A stretch of DNA of 64,000 nucleotides from Chiloscyllium plagiosum (taxonomy: Eukaryota). A program made the position numbers and the translations under genes. The notes below the pieces were generated by a model, which worked only from the letters and a program-made list of their open reading frames with translations, was not told where the DNA came from and did no database searches. The stretch lies in assembly GCF_004010195.1 (NCBI RefSeq), contig NC_057719.1:42610742-42674741 (forward strand), in the 5' to 3' direction. This document shows positions 36,594-49,285 of the stretch, one piece after another (within the stretch, counting starts at the first letter, position 1; each line of letters starts with the position of its first letter).

Positions 36594-37803
36594 TCTTCGT
36601 AGGATATGTGGAACAGTGCATCTTCCGCAACTACACTGGCCCCACCCCCCACCTTTTCCTCCACTACATCGATGACTGTATCGGCGCCGCCTCGTGCTCC
36701 AACGAGGAGGTTGAACAGTTCATCCACTTCACCAACACCTTCCACCCCGACCTCAAATTCACCTGGACAGTCTCAGATTCCTCCCTCCCCTTCCTCGATT
36801 TCTATTTCTATCTCAGGCGACACCGAATCAACACAGACATCTACTACAAACCGACCGACTCCCACAGCTACCTGGACTACACCTCCTCCCATCCTGCCCC
36901 CTGTAAAAACGCCATCCCATTCTCCCAATTACTTCGACTCCGCCGCANNNNNNNNNNNNNNNNNNNNNNNNNNNNNNNNNNNNNNNNNNNNNNNNNNNNN
37001 NNNNNNNNNNNNNNNNNNNNNNNNNNNNNNNNNNNNNNNNNNNNNNNNNNNNNNNNNNNNNNNNNNNNNNNNNNNNNNNNNNNNNNNNNNNNNNNNNNNN
37101 NNNNNNNNNNNNNNNNNNNNNNNNNNNNNNNNNNNNNNNNNNNNNNNNNNNNNNNNNNNNNNNNNNNNNNNNNNNNNNNNNNNNNNNNNNNNNNNNNNNN
37201 NNNNNNNNNNNNNNNNNNNNNNNNNNNNNNNNNNNNNNNNNNNNNNNNNNNNNNNNNNNNNNNNNNNNNNNNNNNNNNNNNNNNNNNNNNNNNNNNNNNN
37301 NNNNNNNNNNNNNNNNNNNNNNNNNNNNNNNNNNNNNNNNNNNNNNNNNNNNNNNNNNNNNNNNNNNNNNNNNNNNNNNNNNNNNNNNNNNNNNNNNNNN
37401 NNNNNNNNNNNNNNNNNNNNNNNNNNNNNNNNNNCCTCATCTTCCGCCTAGGAACCCTCCAACCACAAGGGATGAACTCGGATTTCACCAGTTTCCTCAT
37501 TTCCCCTCCCACCACCTTGTCTCAGTCAAATCCATCGAACTCAGCACCGCCTTCCTAACCTGCAATCTTCTTCCTGACCTCTCCGCCCCTCACCTTGACC
37601 TCTTTCCGACGCCCCTCCCCCAAGTCTCTCCTCCCTACCTTTTATCTTAGCCTGCTGGACAAACTTTCCTCATTTCTGAAGAAGGGCTTATGCCCGAAAC
37701 GTCGATTCCACTGTTCCCTGGATGCTGCCTGACCTGCTGCGCTTTTCCAGCAACACATTTTCAGCTGTGATCTCCAGCATCTGCAGACCTCACTTTCTCC
37801 TCA
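36594..37803 (+). mobile_element. 5'-truncated Penelope-like element (gap 36948-37434)
   Basis: FLHYIDDCIG (PLE RT YIDD), KPTDSHSYLDY, LIFRLGTLQPQGMN; pLTR with hammerhead at 37672-37707. Confidence 0.92.
37672..37707 (+). ncRNA. Minimal hammerhead ribozyme motif
   Basis: CTGAAGA-a-gggc-ttat-gccc-GAAAC-GTC. Confidence 0.6.
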
Positions 37804-39551
37804 CAGATTGACAATTACCTTATAATGGTTTATTTAATCTCCAGTCCAAGTTTCTGGGGAATTTTCTATTTATCCTGTATACACAATCAAAAACATCCTA
37901 AAACCCTGGGTAGAATGATCATTTGGAGAGATATAAATTCTTTTGCATTTTGCACTGGTTTCAGGGCTCTATGAGAGCACTCATTAACTTGTGGTGTGTT
38001 CACACACATGTTGGATTTGATCCAGAAAGCTGACCATAAAAGAAGGGAGGCCTGCCCAAATACATTGCTTTCCTGAGCTTGGACACTTGAAGCTGTTTGC
38101 TGTCTGTCTTACCTGGACCCTGAATAACTGTAAAGCTATGAATCATTGGAAACAACAATCAATTCATAATGGATTTCTGGATAACATGTGCAAGCAAACA
38201 ATTCATCAACATACCTGCAGTTATCATCGCTGATTACTCTTGAGGTTAGCATATGCAACTACAGACTTTCACAAAAGAATATGATGATTAAAGCAACAGT
38301 CAAGCCACAATTTACGTACCAAGACTGATCTCCAGCACCACGGCTACAAATTGCTATGGTGTTTAACAAGTAAATTACTAACCTACATTATTGCAAACTG
38401 AGGTTAAAACAAAACCTTAAGCTTTTTCAGACTTAAGCCTGGTTGATACTTTGGGGAGACTGGCTGGGAATACCAGGTGCAGTATATTTTTTGTGGTGCA
38501 GTGATAGCGACCCTATTTCCAAACTGGTTCAATCGTCTCCTGTTTTGGAACGGTTTCATAATATGTCTGAATAGATTGATTTACAGAAGAAAGCAAAACA
38601 CAGCCATCAACATTTACGCAGCTATCAACATGAAGGCAGGGAAGAGCTTCATGTTCCAAATGAAGGTAATGCGCTTCAGCGGATCTCATTTGCGGTTTAC
38701 TGCAGTTGTCTCTCTCATCACATGTCAGAAAGTGACTGATCAGGTGCCCGTGGGCAGAGGAACTGGAGAAAACTCCAGAGTCCATTCATGAAACCATAGG
38801 TAAGAGTTAGAAATCATGTCTTATGATCAGGTGATTAGATTTTCAAAAGTCAAAACAGGCCATTTTGGTTAGGTGGATCTGACAGCCAATATGGAGAAAG
38901 AGTGGGGGGAGGAAACATAGTTGACAGTCATGTAATAACATCTTCTGGAACACGTCCAGTTTGATTTAGTAACCCTGCAAAAACCACTTTCTCACTAGCC
39001 TGCTGATACCACAGAAAAATTATTTCCTGTTCTCTTACAAGGATGACACAGATCATTTGTTTAACTTCACAAGTGCAATAGTTTGTGTTTTGTAATGAAG
39101 AGATGTGATCCAAATATTCTTTTGTAAAAGATTATGTGGACTCATATAAATAAATCCTGAATTTGTAAACAAAAGGACAGTTTGCCAACCGAGTGTAACA
39201 TCAATAATGCTGTACTTGCAATGAACAGGAATCTTGAATGGAGTCTTACAGTCTGGATAATTTTCAGAGAGGTCATCTAGCCAGTTTATAAGTGAAGTAG
39301 GATTATTGCATTTTGAATTCAGTGAGAGAGAATTTGACCTGCTTAAAGAGTTACAGCCCACTGTTCCCTCTCTTCTATTTTTTGCAACTCCACTCAGTGA
39401 AACATGTGAGCTGAAAACCCACAAAAAGTCACTTTCACCACTCATAAAGGATCCTGAAGAGGATTATTTGGAATTTATCCCACCCTCTGACATAAAGGAA
39501 CTCCACTGGCTATCACTGTTCCAGGAAGACATCTCAGAACCAGCAGCTTGT

Positions 39552-40947
39552 TAGAACATAGAAAAGGACAGCACAGAACAGGCCCTTTGGCTCACGATGT
39601 TGTGCTGAGGTTTAATCTTAATGTAAAATATAGTAACTTAACCTATGCACCCCTCAACTCACTGCTATCCATGTGCATGTCCAGCAGTCGCTTAAATGTC
39701 CCTAAAGACTTTGCTTCCACCACCACCGCTGGCAACACATTCCATGCATTCACAAGTCTCTGCATAAAGAACCTAGAACATAGAACATAGAACATAGAAG
39801 AATACAGCGCAGTACAGGCCCTTCGGCCCTCGATGTTGCGCCGATCCAAGCCCACCTAACCTACATTAGCCACTATTCTCCATATGCCTATCCAATGCCC
39901 GCTTAAATGCCCATAATGAGGGAGAGTCCACCACTGCTACTGGCAGGGCATTCCATGAACTCACGACTCGCTGAGTAAAGAACCTACCCCTAACATCTGT
40001 CCTATACCTAACCCCCCCTTAATTTAAAGCTATGCCCCCTTGTAATAGCTGACTCCATACGTGGAAAAAGATTCTCACTGTCGACCCTATCTAAACCCCT
40101 AATCATCTTGTACACCTCTATCAAGTCACCCCAAACCTTCTTTTCTCCAATGAAAACAACCCCAAGTGCCTCAGCCTTTCCTCATACGATCTTTCTACCA
40201 TACCAGGCAACATCCTGGTAAAACCTATTTCTGATGTCTCCTTTATACCTTCCTCCTAATATTTCAAACTATGACTTCTCGTACCAGTCAATCCTGCCTT
40301 GGGGAAACGTCTCTGGCTATTGACTCTATCTATTCTTCTCATTATTTTGTACACCTCAATCAGGTCTCCTCTCTTCCTCCTTCTCTCCAGAGAGAAAAGT
40401 CCAAGCTTATTCAACCTTTCTTCATAAGGCAAGCCCTCCTGTCCAGGCAGCATCCTGGTAAACCTTCTTTGCACCCTCTCCAAAGCCTCTGTATCTTTCC
40501 TATAGTAGGGTGACCAGAACTGGATACAATATTCCAAGTATGGTCTCACCAGGGACTTGTAGAGCTGCAGCAAAACCTCACAACTCTTAAACTCAATACC
40601 CCTGTTAATAAAAGCCAAAACACGATATGCTTTCTTAACAACCCACTTGGGTGGCAACTTTGATGGATCTGTGTACTTGCACACCCAGATCCCTCTGTTC
40701 CTCCACACTGCCAAGAATTTTGTCTTTGATCCTATAGTCAGCATTCGAGTTCAACCTTCCCAAATGCATCACTTCGCATTTATCCAGGTTGAACTCTATC
40801 TGCCATTTCTCAGCCCAGCTCTGCGTCCTGTCTATGTTGTGCTGCAGCCTGCAGTAGCCCTCTATACTATCGATGACACCTCCAACCTTTGTGTCATCTG
40901 CAAATTTACTAACCCACCCCTCAACCTCCTCATCCAAGTCATTTATA
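39552..40947 (-). mobile_element. CR1 LINE with a nested second CR1 3' fragment (~39775-40222)
   Basis: KFADDTKVGG, LVRPYLEYC; two 3' tails (tagaacatag). Confidence 0.88.
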
Positions 40948-42315
40948 ATTTATAATTTGTTGTGGCTGTGGACTAGCTTTGGAATCAAAAGACTGTCTGT
41001 GACAATCTTCGACTTCTCCTTTTTACATGGTTTTAACAATTATTTGGCCAAAGTACTTAAAAGTTGATACTCTGCAGACTTTTCATTTTCTTTGTTTTCC
41101 TCAGATCTGTGTGCATTTGTTATTTTAAGTAGGATAGATATATATATTTACATAATCCAAATGTTCATCAATAATCTTTATATTTTTGTTTGAGTAAGTT
41201 TATTTTTAGAAATAAATTAGATATTTGGTGTTGAGTAAAAAAAACCTGAGTGATACTATTATTGTTTGTGATACTGCACCTAACACTTAGAGATCTACAC
41301 CAATTATCATTCCACCAAGCTGGTTACTTTTGAAATTTGTTGTGACTAATGGAGGAGTGGGACCAGAAAAAGGAAACAATGCACCCCTTCAATCTCCATC
41401 TAAATGGTATATTGCCAATGTATTGGCTTTTAATACTCTCTCTCTCCAAACCATTTCTCTGCATCTATTTAAAAATGGACTTTCATTCACTGGTGATTTT
41501 GGAAATCCCACAAGAATTTTCACAGATTTACAGCAGGAGCCATTATTCACAACCTAACTGAGAAGAGTGCACTGTTTTTAGTGTTATTGCTCCACAAACC
41601 ATCTCAAACAAGGATCAGGTATAAAATCCCGATTAGATCTTAAGATGCCAAACTTGGCTGACTGAGTGAAATTCAGTGGAAAATATTTAACATCCAGTTT
41701 CATTATTAACAATAAATAACTTTATTTATTGCAACACAATTAACATTTTACCAAAGGCAGCAAAAGAAAGGATCCTTAATCTACTCAGATGTGACAAACT
41801 ATATCCGTTTAAAACCTCAATTACACACACTTACTTATTCACAATTCAAACAAGCAGAAGACAGATGGTTTGACACATACTATGGATGAAAAGAAATAAA
41901 GATAAGCAAAAAAAAACTTTAAAGATCAAAAGTCCAGATCACAAGAGTGGATTAAGTTGCCTCTGTTCATTTTGATTTCAGAAATGATGACAAACTGTTA
42001 TTTGTAAAGCAATGGTAATAATTTAATTTGTAGGTTGATCCAGCAGAATCTAATCTGGTCCTTTCTTGTTAGGATTCTTTATTTTATGCTTTCTTGGTTT
42101 TTCTGTCTTTTCACCCACACAGAGAAAGGGAGAGAAAGAGATGTGTTCAGTTCACAGATTCAGGATGTCTCTGCCTTGCCATTACAAATTTGTACCAAAC
42201 TGCTGGTCACTTAATCCAAGGCTGTTATCAGGCAATTTTCCTTCACTCAAAGACCATAATCTCAAAGTAACAATCTCTCTTCTTCAAAAATTCACTGAAA
42301 CCTTTCTTTTGAGGT

Positions 42316-42760
42316 TTGGAATACTGGAACAGAAATGCCTCTCTGCAATTGTACAGGGCCTTAGTGAGACGACACCTGGAGTACTGTATGCAGTTTTGGC
42401 CTCTTTATCTAGTGAAGGATGTTCTGGCTATACAGCGAGTGCAGCAAAGGTTTATCAGACTGATTCCTGGAATGGCAGGACTGATGTATGGAAGAGATTT
42501 ATTCAGTTAAAGCTATGTTCACTGGACTTTAGAAGATTAAAGGGGACATTTCATAGGAACCTACACAATCCTAACAGAACTAGAGGGGGCATAAACAGAA
42601 AGGATATTCACGATGAATGAGAGTCCAGAACCTGGGGTCAAATAGTCCATTTGGGACTGAGGTGAGGAGCAATTTCTTCACCCAAAGAGTGGTGAGTTTG
42701 TGAAAGTCTCTGCCACAGAAAGTGGTTCACGACAAAATATTGAATGCTTTTAAGAAGGAA
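42316..42760 (+). mobile_element. Old CR1 3' fragment
   Basis: LQLYRALVRRHLEYCMQFW..QRVQQRFIRLIPG. Confidence 0.8.
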
Positions 42761-42795
42761 AGTACCTTCTTAGATCGATCATAACTGACCAGCAG

Positions 42796-45150
42796 AAAGT
42801 GAGGACTGCAGATGCTGGAGATCAGAGCTTAAAAACGTGTTGCTGGAAAAGAGCAGCAGCTCAGGCAGCATCAGAGGAGCAGGAGAATCGATGTTTCGGG
42901 CATAAGCCCTTCTTCAGGAATGAGGAGGGTGTGCCAAGCAGGCTAAGATAAAAGGTAGGGAGGAGGGACTTGGGGGAGAGGCGTTGGGAATGCGATGGAT
43001 GGTCTGGGAGATGATGGTTTGGTGGTGGGAGGTGGGGTCATGGTCAAGAGGGCAGTAGGATGAAGTGTCCGCGAGCTGGCGCTTAGTCTCAGCAATATAA
43101 AGATCGGTACGTCAAACTACCACCGCGCCTCCCTTGTCTGCCGGTTTGATGGTGAGACAAACTACGCGGCAAGACATCGAGCATTTTTTCCGCTGCCTTC
43201 GCCTCCGCACCTACTACTTCAACCAGAATTCCTGCCCACCTTCTGATGACCCCTTCTCCCACCTCCAACACACCCCATCCACCTGGACACCCCGTGCTGG
43301 CCTCTTACCCGCCCTCGATCTCTTCATAGCCAACTGCCGCCGCGACATTGACTGCCTCAACCTGTCCGCCCCTCTCACCCACTCCAACCTCTCACCCTCG
43401 CAATGTGCAGCCCTCCACTCCCTCCGCTCCAACCCCAACCTCATCATCAAACCAGCAGACAAGGGAGGCGCGGTGGTAGTTTGACGCACCGATCTTTACA
43501 CCACTGAGGCTAAACGCCAGCTCGCAGACACCTCCTCCTACTGCCCTCTTGACCATGACCCCACCTCCCACCACCAAACCATCATCTCCCAGACCATCCA
43601 TAACCTCATCACCTCAGGGGATCTCCCATCCACCGCCTCCAACCTCATAGTCCCGCACCGCCCGTTTCTACCTCCTGCCCAAAATCCACAAACCTGACTA
43701 CCACGGCTGACCCATTGTCTCAGCCTGCTGCTGCCCCACCGAACTAATTTCTGCTTCCCTTGACAAGGTCTTGTCCCCTTAGTCCAAGAACTTCCCACCT
43801 ATGTTCGGGACACCACCCACGCCCTCCACCTCCTCCATGATTTTTGCTTCCTCCGCCCCCAGTGCCCCATCTTCACCATGGACATCCAGTCCCTAGACAC
43901 CTCCATCCCCCATCACGGAGGCCTCAAAGCCCTCCGATTCTTCCTTTCCCACCGAACCAACCAGTACCCTTCCACTGACACCCTCCTTCGACTGACTGAA
44001 CTGGTCCTCACCCTGAACAACTTCTCTTTCCAATCCTCCCACTTTCTCCAAACCAAAGGAGTAGCCATGGGTACCTGTATGTGCCCCAGTTATGCCTGCC
44101 TCTTCATTGGATATGTGGAACAGTTCATCTTCCGCAGCTACACTGGCACCACCCCCCACCTTTTCCTCCGATACATCGATGACTGTATCGGCGCTACCTC
44201 GTGCTCCCACGAGGAGGTTGAACAGTTCATCCACTTTACTACCACCTTCCACCCCCACCTCAGACTCCTCCCTCCCCTTCCTAGACCTCTCCGTTTCTAT
44301 CTCGGACAACCGACTCAACACGGACGTTTACTATAAACCGACTGACTCCCACAGCTACCTAGATTACACCTCTTCCCACCCTGCCCCCTGTAAAAACGCC
44401 ATCCCATATTCTCAATTCCTTCGCCTTCGCCGCATCTGCTCCCAGGAGGACCAATTCCAATNNNNNNNNNNNNNNNNNNNNNNNNNNNNNNNNNNNNNNN
44501 NNNNNNNNNNNNNNNNNNNNNNNNNNNNNNNNNNNNNNNNNNNNNNNNNNNNNNNNNNNNNNNNNNNNNNNNNNNNNNNNNNNNNNNNNNNNNNNNNNNN
44601 NNNNNNNNNNNNNNNNNNNNNNNNNNNNNNNNNNNNNNNNNNNNNNNNNNNNNNNNNNNNNNNNNNNNNNNNNNNNNNNNNNNNNNNNNNNNNNNNNNNN
44701 NNNNNNNNNNNNNNNNNNNNNNNNNNNNNNNNNNNNNNNNNNNNNNNNNNNNNNNNNNNNNNNNNNNNNNNNNNNNNNNNNNNNNNNNNNNNNNNNNNNN
44801 NNNNNNNNNNNNNNNNNNNNNNNNNNNNNNNNNNNNNNNNNNNNNNNNNNNNNNNNNNNNNNNNNNNNNNNNNNNNNNNNNNNNNNNNNNNNNNNNNNNN
44901 NNNNNNNNNNNNNNNNNNNNNNNNNNNNNNNNNNNNCCCACCCCCTTCTAGCCTATCACCCTCATCTTAACCTCCTTCCATCTATTCCCAACACCCCTCC
45001 CCCAAGTCCCTCCTCCCTACCTTTTATCTTAGCCTGCTTGGCACACCCTCCTTATTCCTGAAGAAGGGCTTATGCCCGAAACATCGATTCTCCTGTTCCT
45101 TTGATGCTGCCTGACCTGCTGCGCTTTTCCAGCAACACATTTTTAAGCTC
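42796..45150 (+). mobile_element. Penelope-like element with 5' inverted pLTR and RT segment (gap 44462-44937)
   Basis: TSD ataactgaccagcag at 42781-42795 and 45151-45165; RT motifs IIKPADKGG, MDIQSL.TSIP, GVAMGT, RYIDD. Confidence 0.95.
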
Positions 45151-45289
45151 ATAACTGACCAGCAGCCTGGCTTCATGTTTGTAATAAACAACAAGTCAAA
45201 ACAGCAGTATTTTGAGCTTTAATGTCTTTAAGTTTTCTATTCTTTGCAAAAGAGACTTGATATTTTAACAAGATCTGTGAAACGTTTTT

Positions 45290-45610
45290 TTGTTGTTCGT
45301 GAGATATGGGCACCATTGACTAGACCAACGTTTATTTCCAAACCCTAGCTTCCCAGAGGTCAACCAAATTGCCAGATTAGGTAGCGATAGCAAATTTCCT
45401 TCCCTAAAAGACATTAATGAACCAGGTGGGTTTTTATGACAATCAACATTGGTTACATGGTAATCATTAGAACAGCATTTTTATCTCAATTTTTTATTGA
45501 ATTCAAATTTTACCATCTGGTATGATGAAACTTGAACCATGTGCTTCGGACATTAACCTGCACTTTTGCACTGCTAGAACAATAACATTTTCACTGCAAC
45601 ACTGCCTGCC
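45290..45610 (-). mobile_element. Old tRNA-derived SINE
   Basis: Similar to 34745-34815 plus 36078-36310 and to the reverse complement of 61908-62230. Confidence 0.6.
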
Positions 45611-45626
45611 CATCATTAGCTCATAG

Positions 45627-45715
45627 TAGACAGGCAGGAAGCTGGAAGAACACAGCAAGTCAGGCAGCATCAGGAGGTGCAGAAGTCGATGTTTTGGGTG
45701 TAACCTTTCTTCAGC
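45627..45715 (-). mobile_element. Solo pLTR unit (89 bp)
   Basis: 14-bp TSD tcattagctcatag at 45613-45626 and 45716-45729; degenerate hammerhead CTGAAGA...AAAACATC. Confidence 0.8.
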
Positions 45716-47063
45716 TCATTAGCTCATAGCAGATCCTGTTCTGTGCAATATTTCCCTTGATAATACTGAGGATTATTCAGGAGCGGAGCTTTTGGAATAG
45801 TTCCATCAGCTTCCAGCAGTTTGCGTTTGGATTATTTTCCTAAAATTATTTGAAAGAATTCAAGAGACAAAAAGCAAAGACATTATTCAGAATAGTGCAT
45901 AATTTTTCAAGTAGATCACACTACCTGAGATTCCTCACCTTTAGTAGCTCATGTTTGTATGCACCAGAAAGACATTGAGCTGAGAAAGATATTATTTATC
46001 TGTAATTGAATTAATTCTCCACAGAAAAGAAGACTTGAAATATTAACATTTTTTCTTTCTCCTCAGATTATGCCATAACTGCTTGGTTTCTCCAGCCCAC
46101 TTTTTATTTCAGATCTCCAGCAAATGCAGTGCCTTGCTTTTATATTAATATATTCTTTGGCTACAGCTGTAAAATATTTTACTGTTTACGTTCCATGATC
46201 ATTTAATTTTATAGATTCGCTTTGCCTTCCTAATCTTTTTATTGGCTTCCATTCTCACATATTCCAATTATGCACTCTTCTGTGGTATTTAATGTAGGCC
46301 TTGTTTCGAGTCAATTGCTTCATTGTGTCTTTTTCCATCCATTAAATCCCACAACTGCTTTGTTTGTTCTTTATTTTTCATGGGAATATATTTTTTTCCT
46401 GCACTTTGTTGCACACCTTTTAAAATGTTTCCTATTGTTATCCGTAGTGTTAATGCTCAAGTTCCATTCTCAGCTTTTGTCCAATCAATCAATTTACTTT
46501 TCATCAAATGTATGTTTTTCTGTCATCATCTTAAAGCATATTGTGCTATAGACACAATTACTTTAACATCTCCTTACTTTTACATTCCTTAACTCGTTCT
46601 GGCTCATTCCCCATTGACTGATCCAATGGTAAATTGAGTTAGCATTTCATGCTTCATAGAAAAGAGCTTCACACATCAACAAAAACTTTGTATGTAGAAT
46701 TATTTCCTAATTTCTCTCCTGAATGGCCTCACTCTGATTTTTAGGTGACGCTCCCTTCTCATAGACTCTTTCCCAGTATAAAATATCTGTGTCTTCCCAT
46801 TGATCCGTTTCAAAAATGCTGGAAAAAAAAACCTCAACCACTTCTATATTCCAGGATATGCAAATCTTATTTATGTCATCTCTCATCATAACATAACTGA
46901 CGAGCTTCCAGGTGCACTCCTTCCAAAGCCAATCAGAGCTTTGTTTAGATTGTTAAAAACTTCCTTTGTTTCATAATCTGATCCCGTATTTGTAAATTAC
47001 AGTAGCCTTTTTGATTATTGTTTGTATCTCTGAGACACTACACTTGAGTAATGTGTAGATAAA

Positions 47064-48865
47064 GTCATAGAGATATACAGCATGGAAACACAAACCCTTC
47101 ATGCCAACTTGTTCATGCTGACCAGATATCCTAAACTAATCCAGTCTCATTTGCCAGCACCTGGTCCATATCCCTTCCTATTCGGATGAAATGGTCTTTA
47201 CAGAAAGCACCTCGGGGTGGCGAGGGAAATATACCTCTGGTGGTGGGTTCACCTGGACCATCTCAGACACCTCCCTCCCCTTCCTGGACCGATTCATCTC
47301 CATCAACGGTGACCGACTCAACACGGACATCTTCTACAAACCCACTGACTCCGACTACCTGAACGACACCTCCTCCCACCCTGCCTCCTGTAAAAATGCT
47401 ATCCCTTATTCACAATTCCTCCGCTGCATCTGCTCCCAGGAGGACCAGTTCCACCACAGAACACACTAGATGGCCTCCTTTTTCAAAGACTGCAACTTCC
47501 CCTTCCACATGGTCAATGATGCCCTCCAGCACATCTCATCCACTTCCCACACCTTCGCCCTCGAACCCCACCTCCCCAACCACAAGGACAGCACCCCCTG
47601 GTCCTCACCTTCCACCCCACCAACCTCCGTATACATCATCCTCTGCCATTTTTGCCACCTACAAACGGAGCCAACCACCAGAGATATATTTCCCTCTGCA
47701 CCCTTATCCACTTACCATAAAGACTGTTCCCTTCCCGACTCTTGTCGGGTTCATGCCCTCCCACCAACCCACCCTCCCCTCCTGGCACCTTCCCCTGCCA
47801 CCGCAGGAATTGCAAAACCTGCGCCCACACCTTCCCCCCCTCACCTCTGTCCAAGTCCCCAAAGGAGCCTTCCACATCCAACAGAGTTTTACCTGCAATT
47901 CCACACATGTCATTTACTGTATCCGTTGCTCCTGCACTCCAAGGTCTCTTTGTGCAGCAACACTCCCCAGGCCTTCCCATTAAGTGTATAAGTCCTGTGC
48001 TGATTTGCCTTTTAAACTGCATCTGCCACACCTCGGCCCATTGGCCCATCTGATCAAGATCCCATTGTACTCTGAGGTAACCCTTGTTCACTGTCCATTA
48101 CACCTCCAATTTTAGTATCATCTCCAAACTTACTAACTATACCTCCTATGTTCGCGTCCAAATCATTTATATAAATGACAAAAAGCAGTAGACCCAGCAC
48201 CGATCTTTGTGGCATACCACTGGTCACAGGCCTCCAACCTGTAAAACAACTCTCCACCCTCTGTCTTCTAGCCAGTTCTGTATTCAAATGGCTAGTTCTC
48301 CCTGTGTATTCCATGAGATCTAACCTTGCTAGCAAGTCTCCCATGGGGAACTTTGTCAAGTGCCTAACTGAAGTCCATATAGCTCACGTCCACCACTCTG
48401 CCCTCATCAATCCTCTTTGTTACTTCTTCAAAAAACTCAATAAAGTTAGTGAGATATGATTTCCCATGCACAAAGCCATGTTGACTATCCTACTATCTGC
48501 AGTCATTGTTTTTACCTCGTTGATTTTATCCCTAATCAGTCCTGGCCTTTCTAAATACATGTAAATCTTGTCCCTCAGGATTCCCTCCAATAACTTGCCC
48601 ATCACCGATGTCAGGTCTATGGTTCTCTGGCTTTTCCTTACCACCTTTCGTAAGTAATGGCACCATGTTAGCCACTCTCCAGTGATTATTGATGAGACGA
48701 ATACCTTGAAAAGTGGCTCACAAATCACTTCCCACAGAATTCTAGGGTACACCTGATCAGGTCCTGGGGGTTAATCCACCTTTATGCATTTTAAGATATT
48801 CAGCACCACCTCTTCTGTAATATGGACATTTTTCAAGATGTCACCATCTATTTCGCCACATTCTA
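47064..48865 (-). mobile_element. CR1 LINE interrupted by a PLE fragment
   Basis: CR1 3' end at 47064-47183; RT region 47930-48865 (SGMPQRSVLG, KFGDDTKIG). Confidence 0.85.
47184..47930 (+). mobile_element. Penelope-like fragment (RT C-terminus to start of GIY-YIG) with short 5' inversion
   Basis: FYKPTDS, CHRRNCKTCAH, FTCNSTHVIYCIRC; 47190-47245 is the reverse complement of ~47675-47730. Confidence 0.85.
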
Positions 48866-49140
48866 TTGTCATCCTGTCCCCATTCAGTCGAAGCAAAACA
48901 CTCAGAGACTCAGTGTAGTTTTACCTCCTTCATCTTTATTTTGGGCCTTGGATGGAGAGAGAACAATTGCCCATGTGCACAGAGACATGAATTCTATGTC
49001 TTCTCTGGAACAGCAGTTTCTCAATGAACTATATAGTCATTTTACAGGGAGGTGTATCCAGATAAAGCAACATACATATTAATTGGGTGACCATTACAAT
49101 CAAAGAGTATCAATAGCAGAGACCAAGCCCATTACTATTA

Positions 49141-49285
49141 TACAATGAATGTTCTTAACCTTGTTAACCAGATTCATACAATGGATACTTTTCCCCTTGT
49201 TAGCTGACCTTACATACTGAATGCTTCCAATATTGTTAAAAAGCTCTACACAATGAATGCTTTTCCACCTTGTTAACCCATTACC
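49141..49285. repeat. Degenerate minisatellite, 4 x 36 bp
   Basis: Units start at 49141, 49177, 49213 and 49249 with shared motif YAcAaTGaATgc.t....cTTGTTAa. Confidence 0.75.

Noticed and set aside
38477..39554. Cluster of 60-130 aa ORFs and a GTAAGA donor at 38800
   Set aside because: No recognisable protein similarity or consistent exon chain; a lncRNA exon cannot be excluded
49141..49285. 36-bp periodic repeat as a CRISPR array
   Set aside because: Vertebrate DNA, degenerate adjacent units, no spacers and no cas genes
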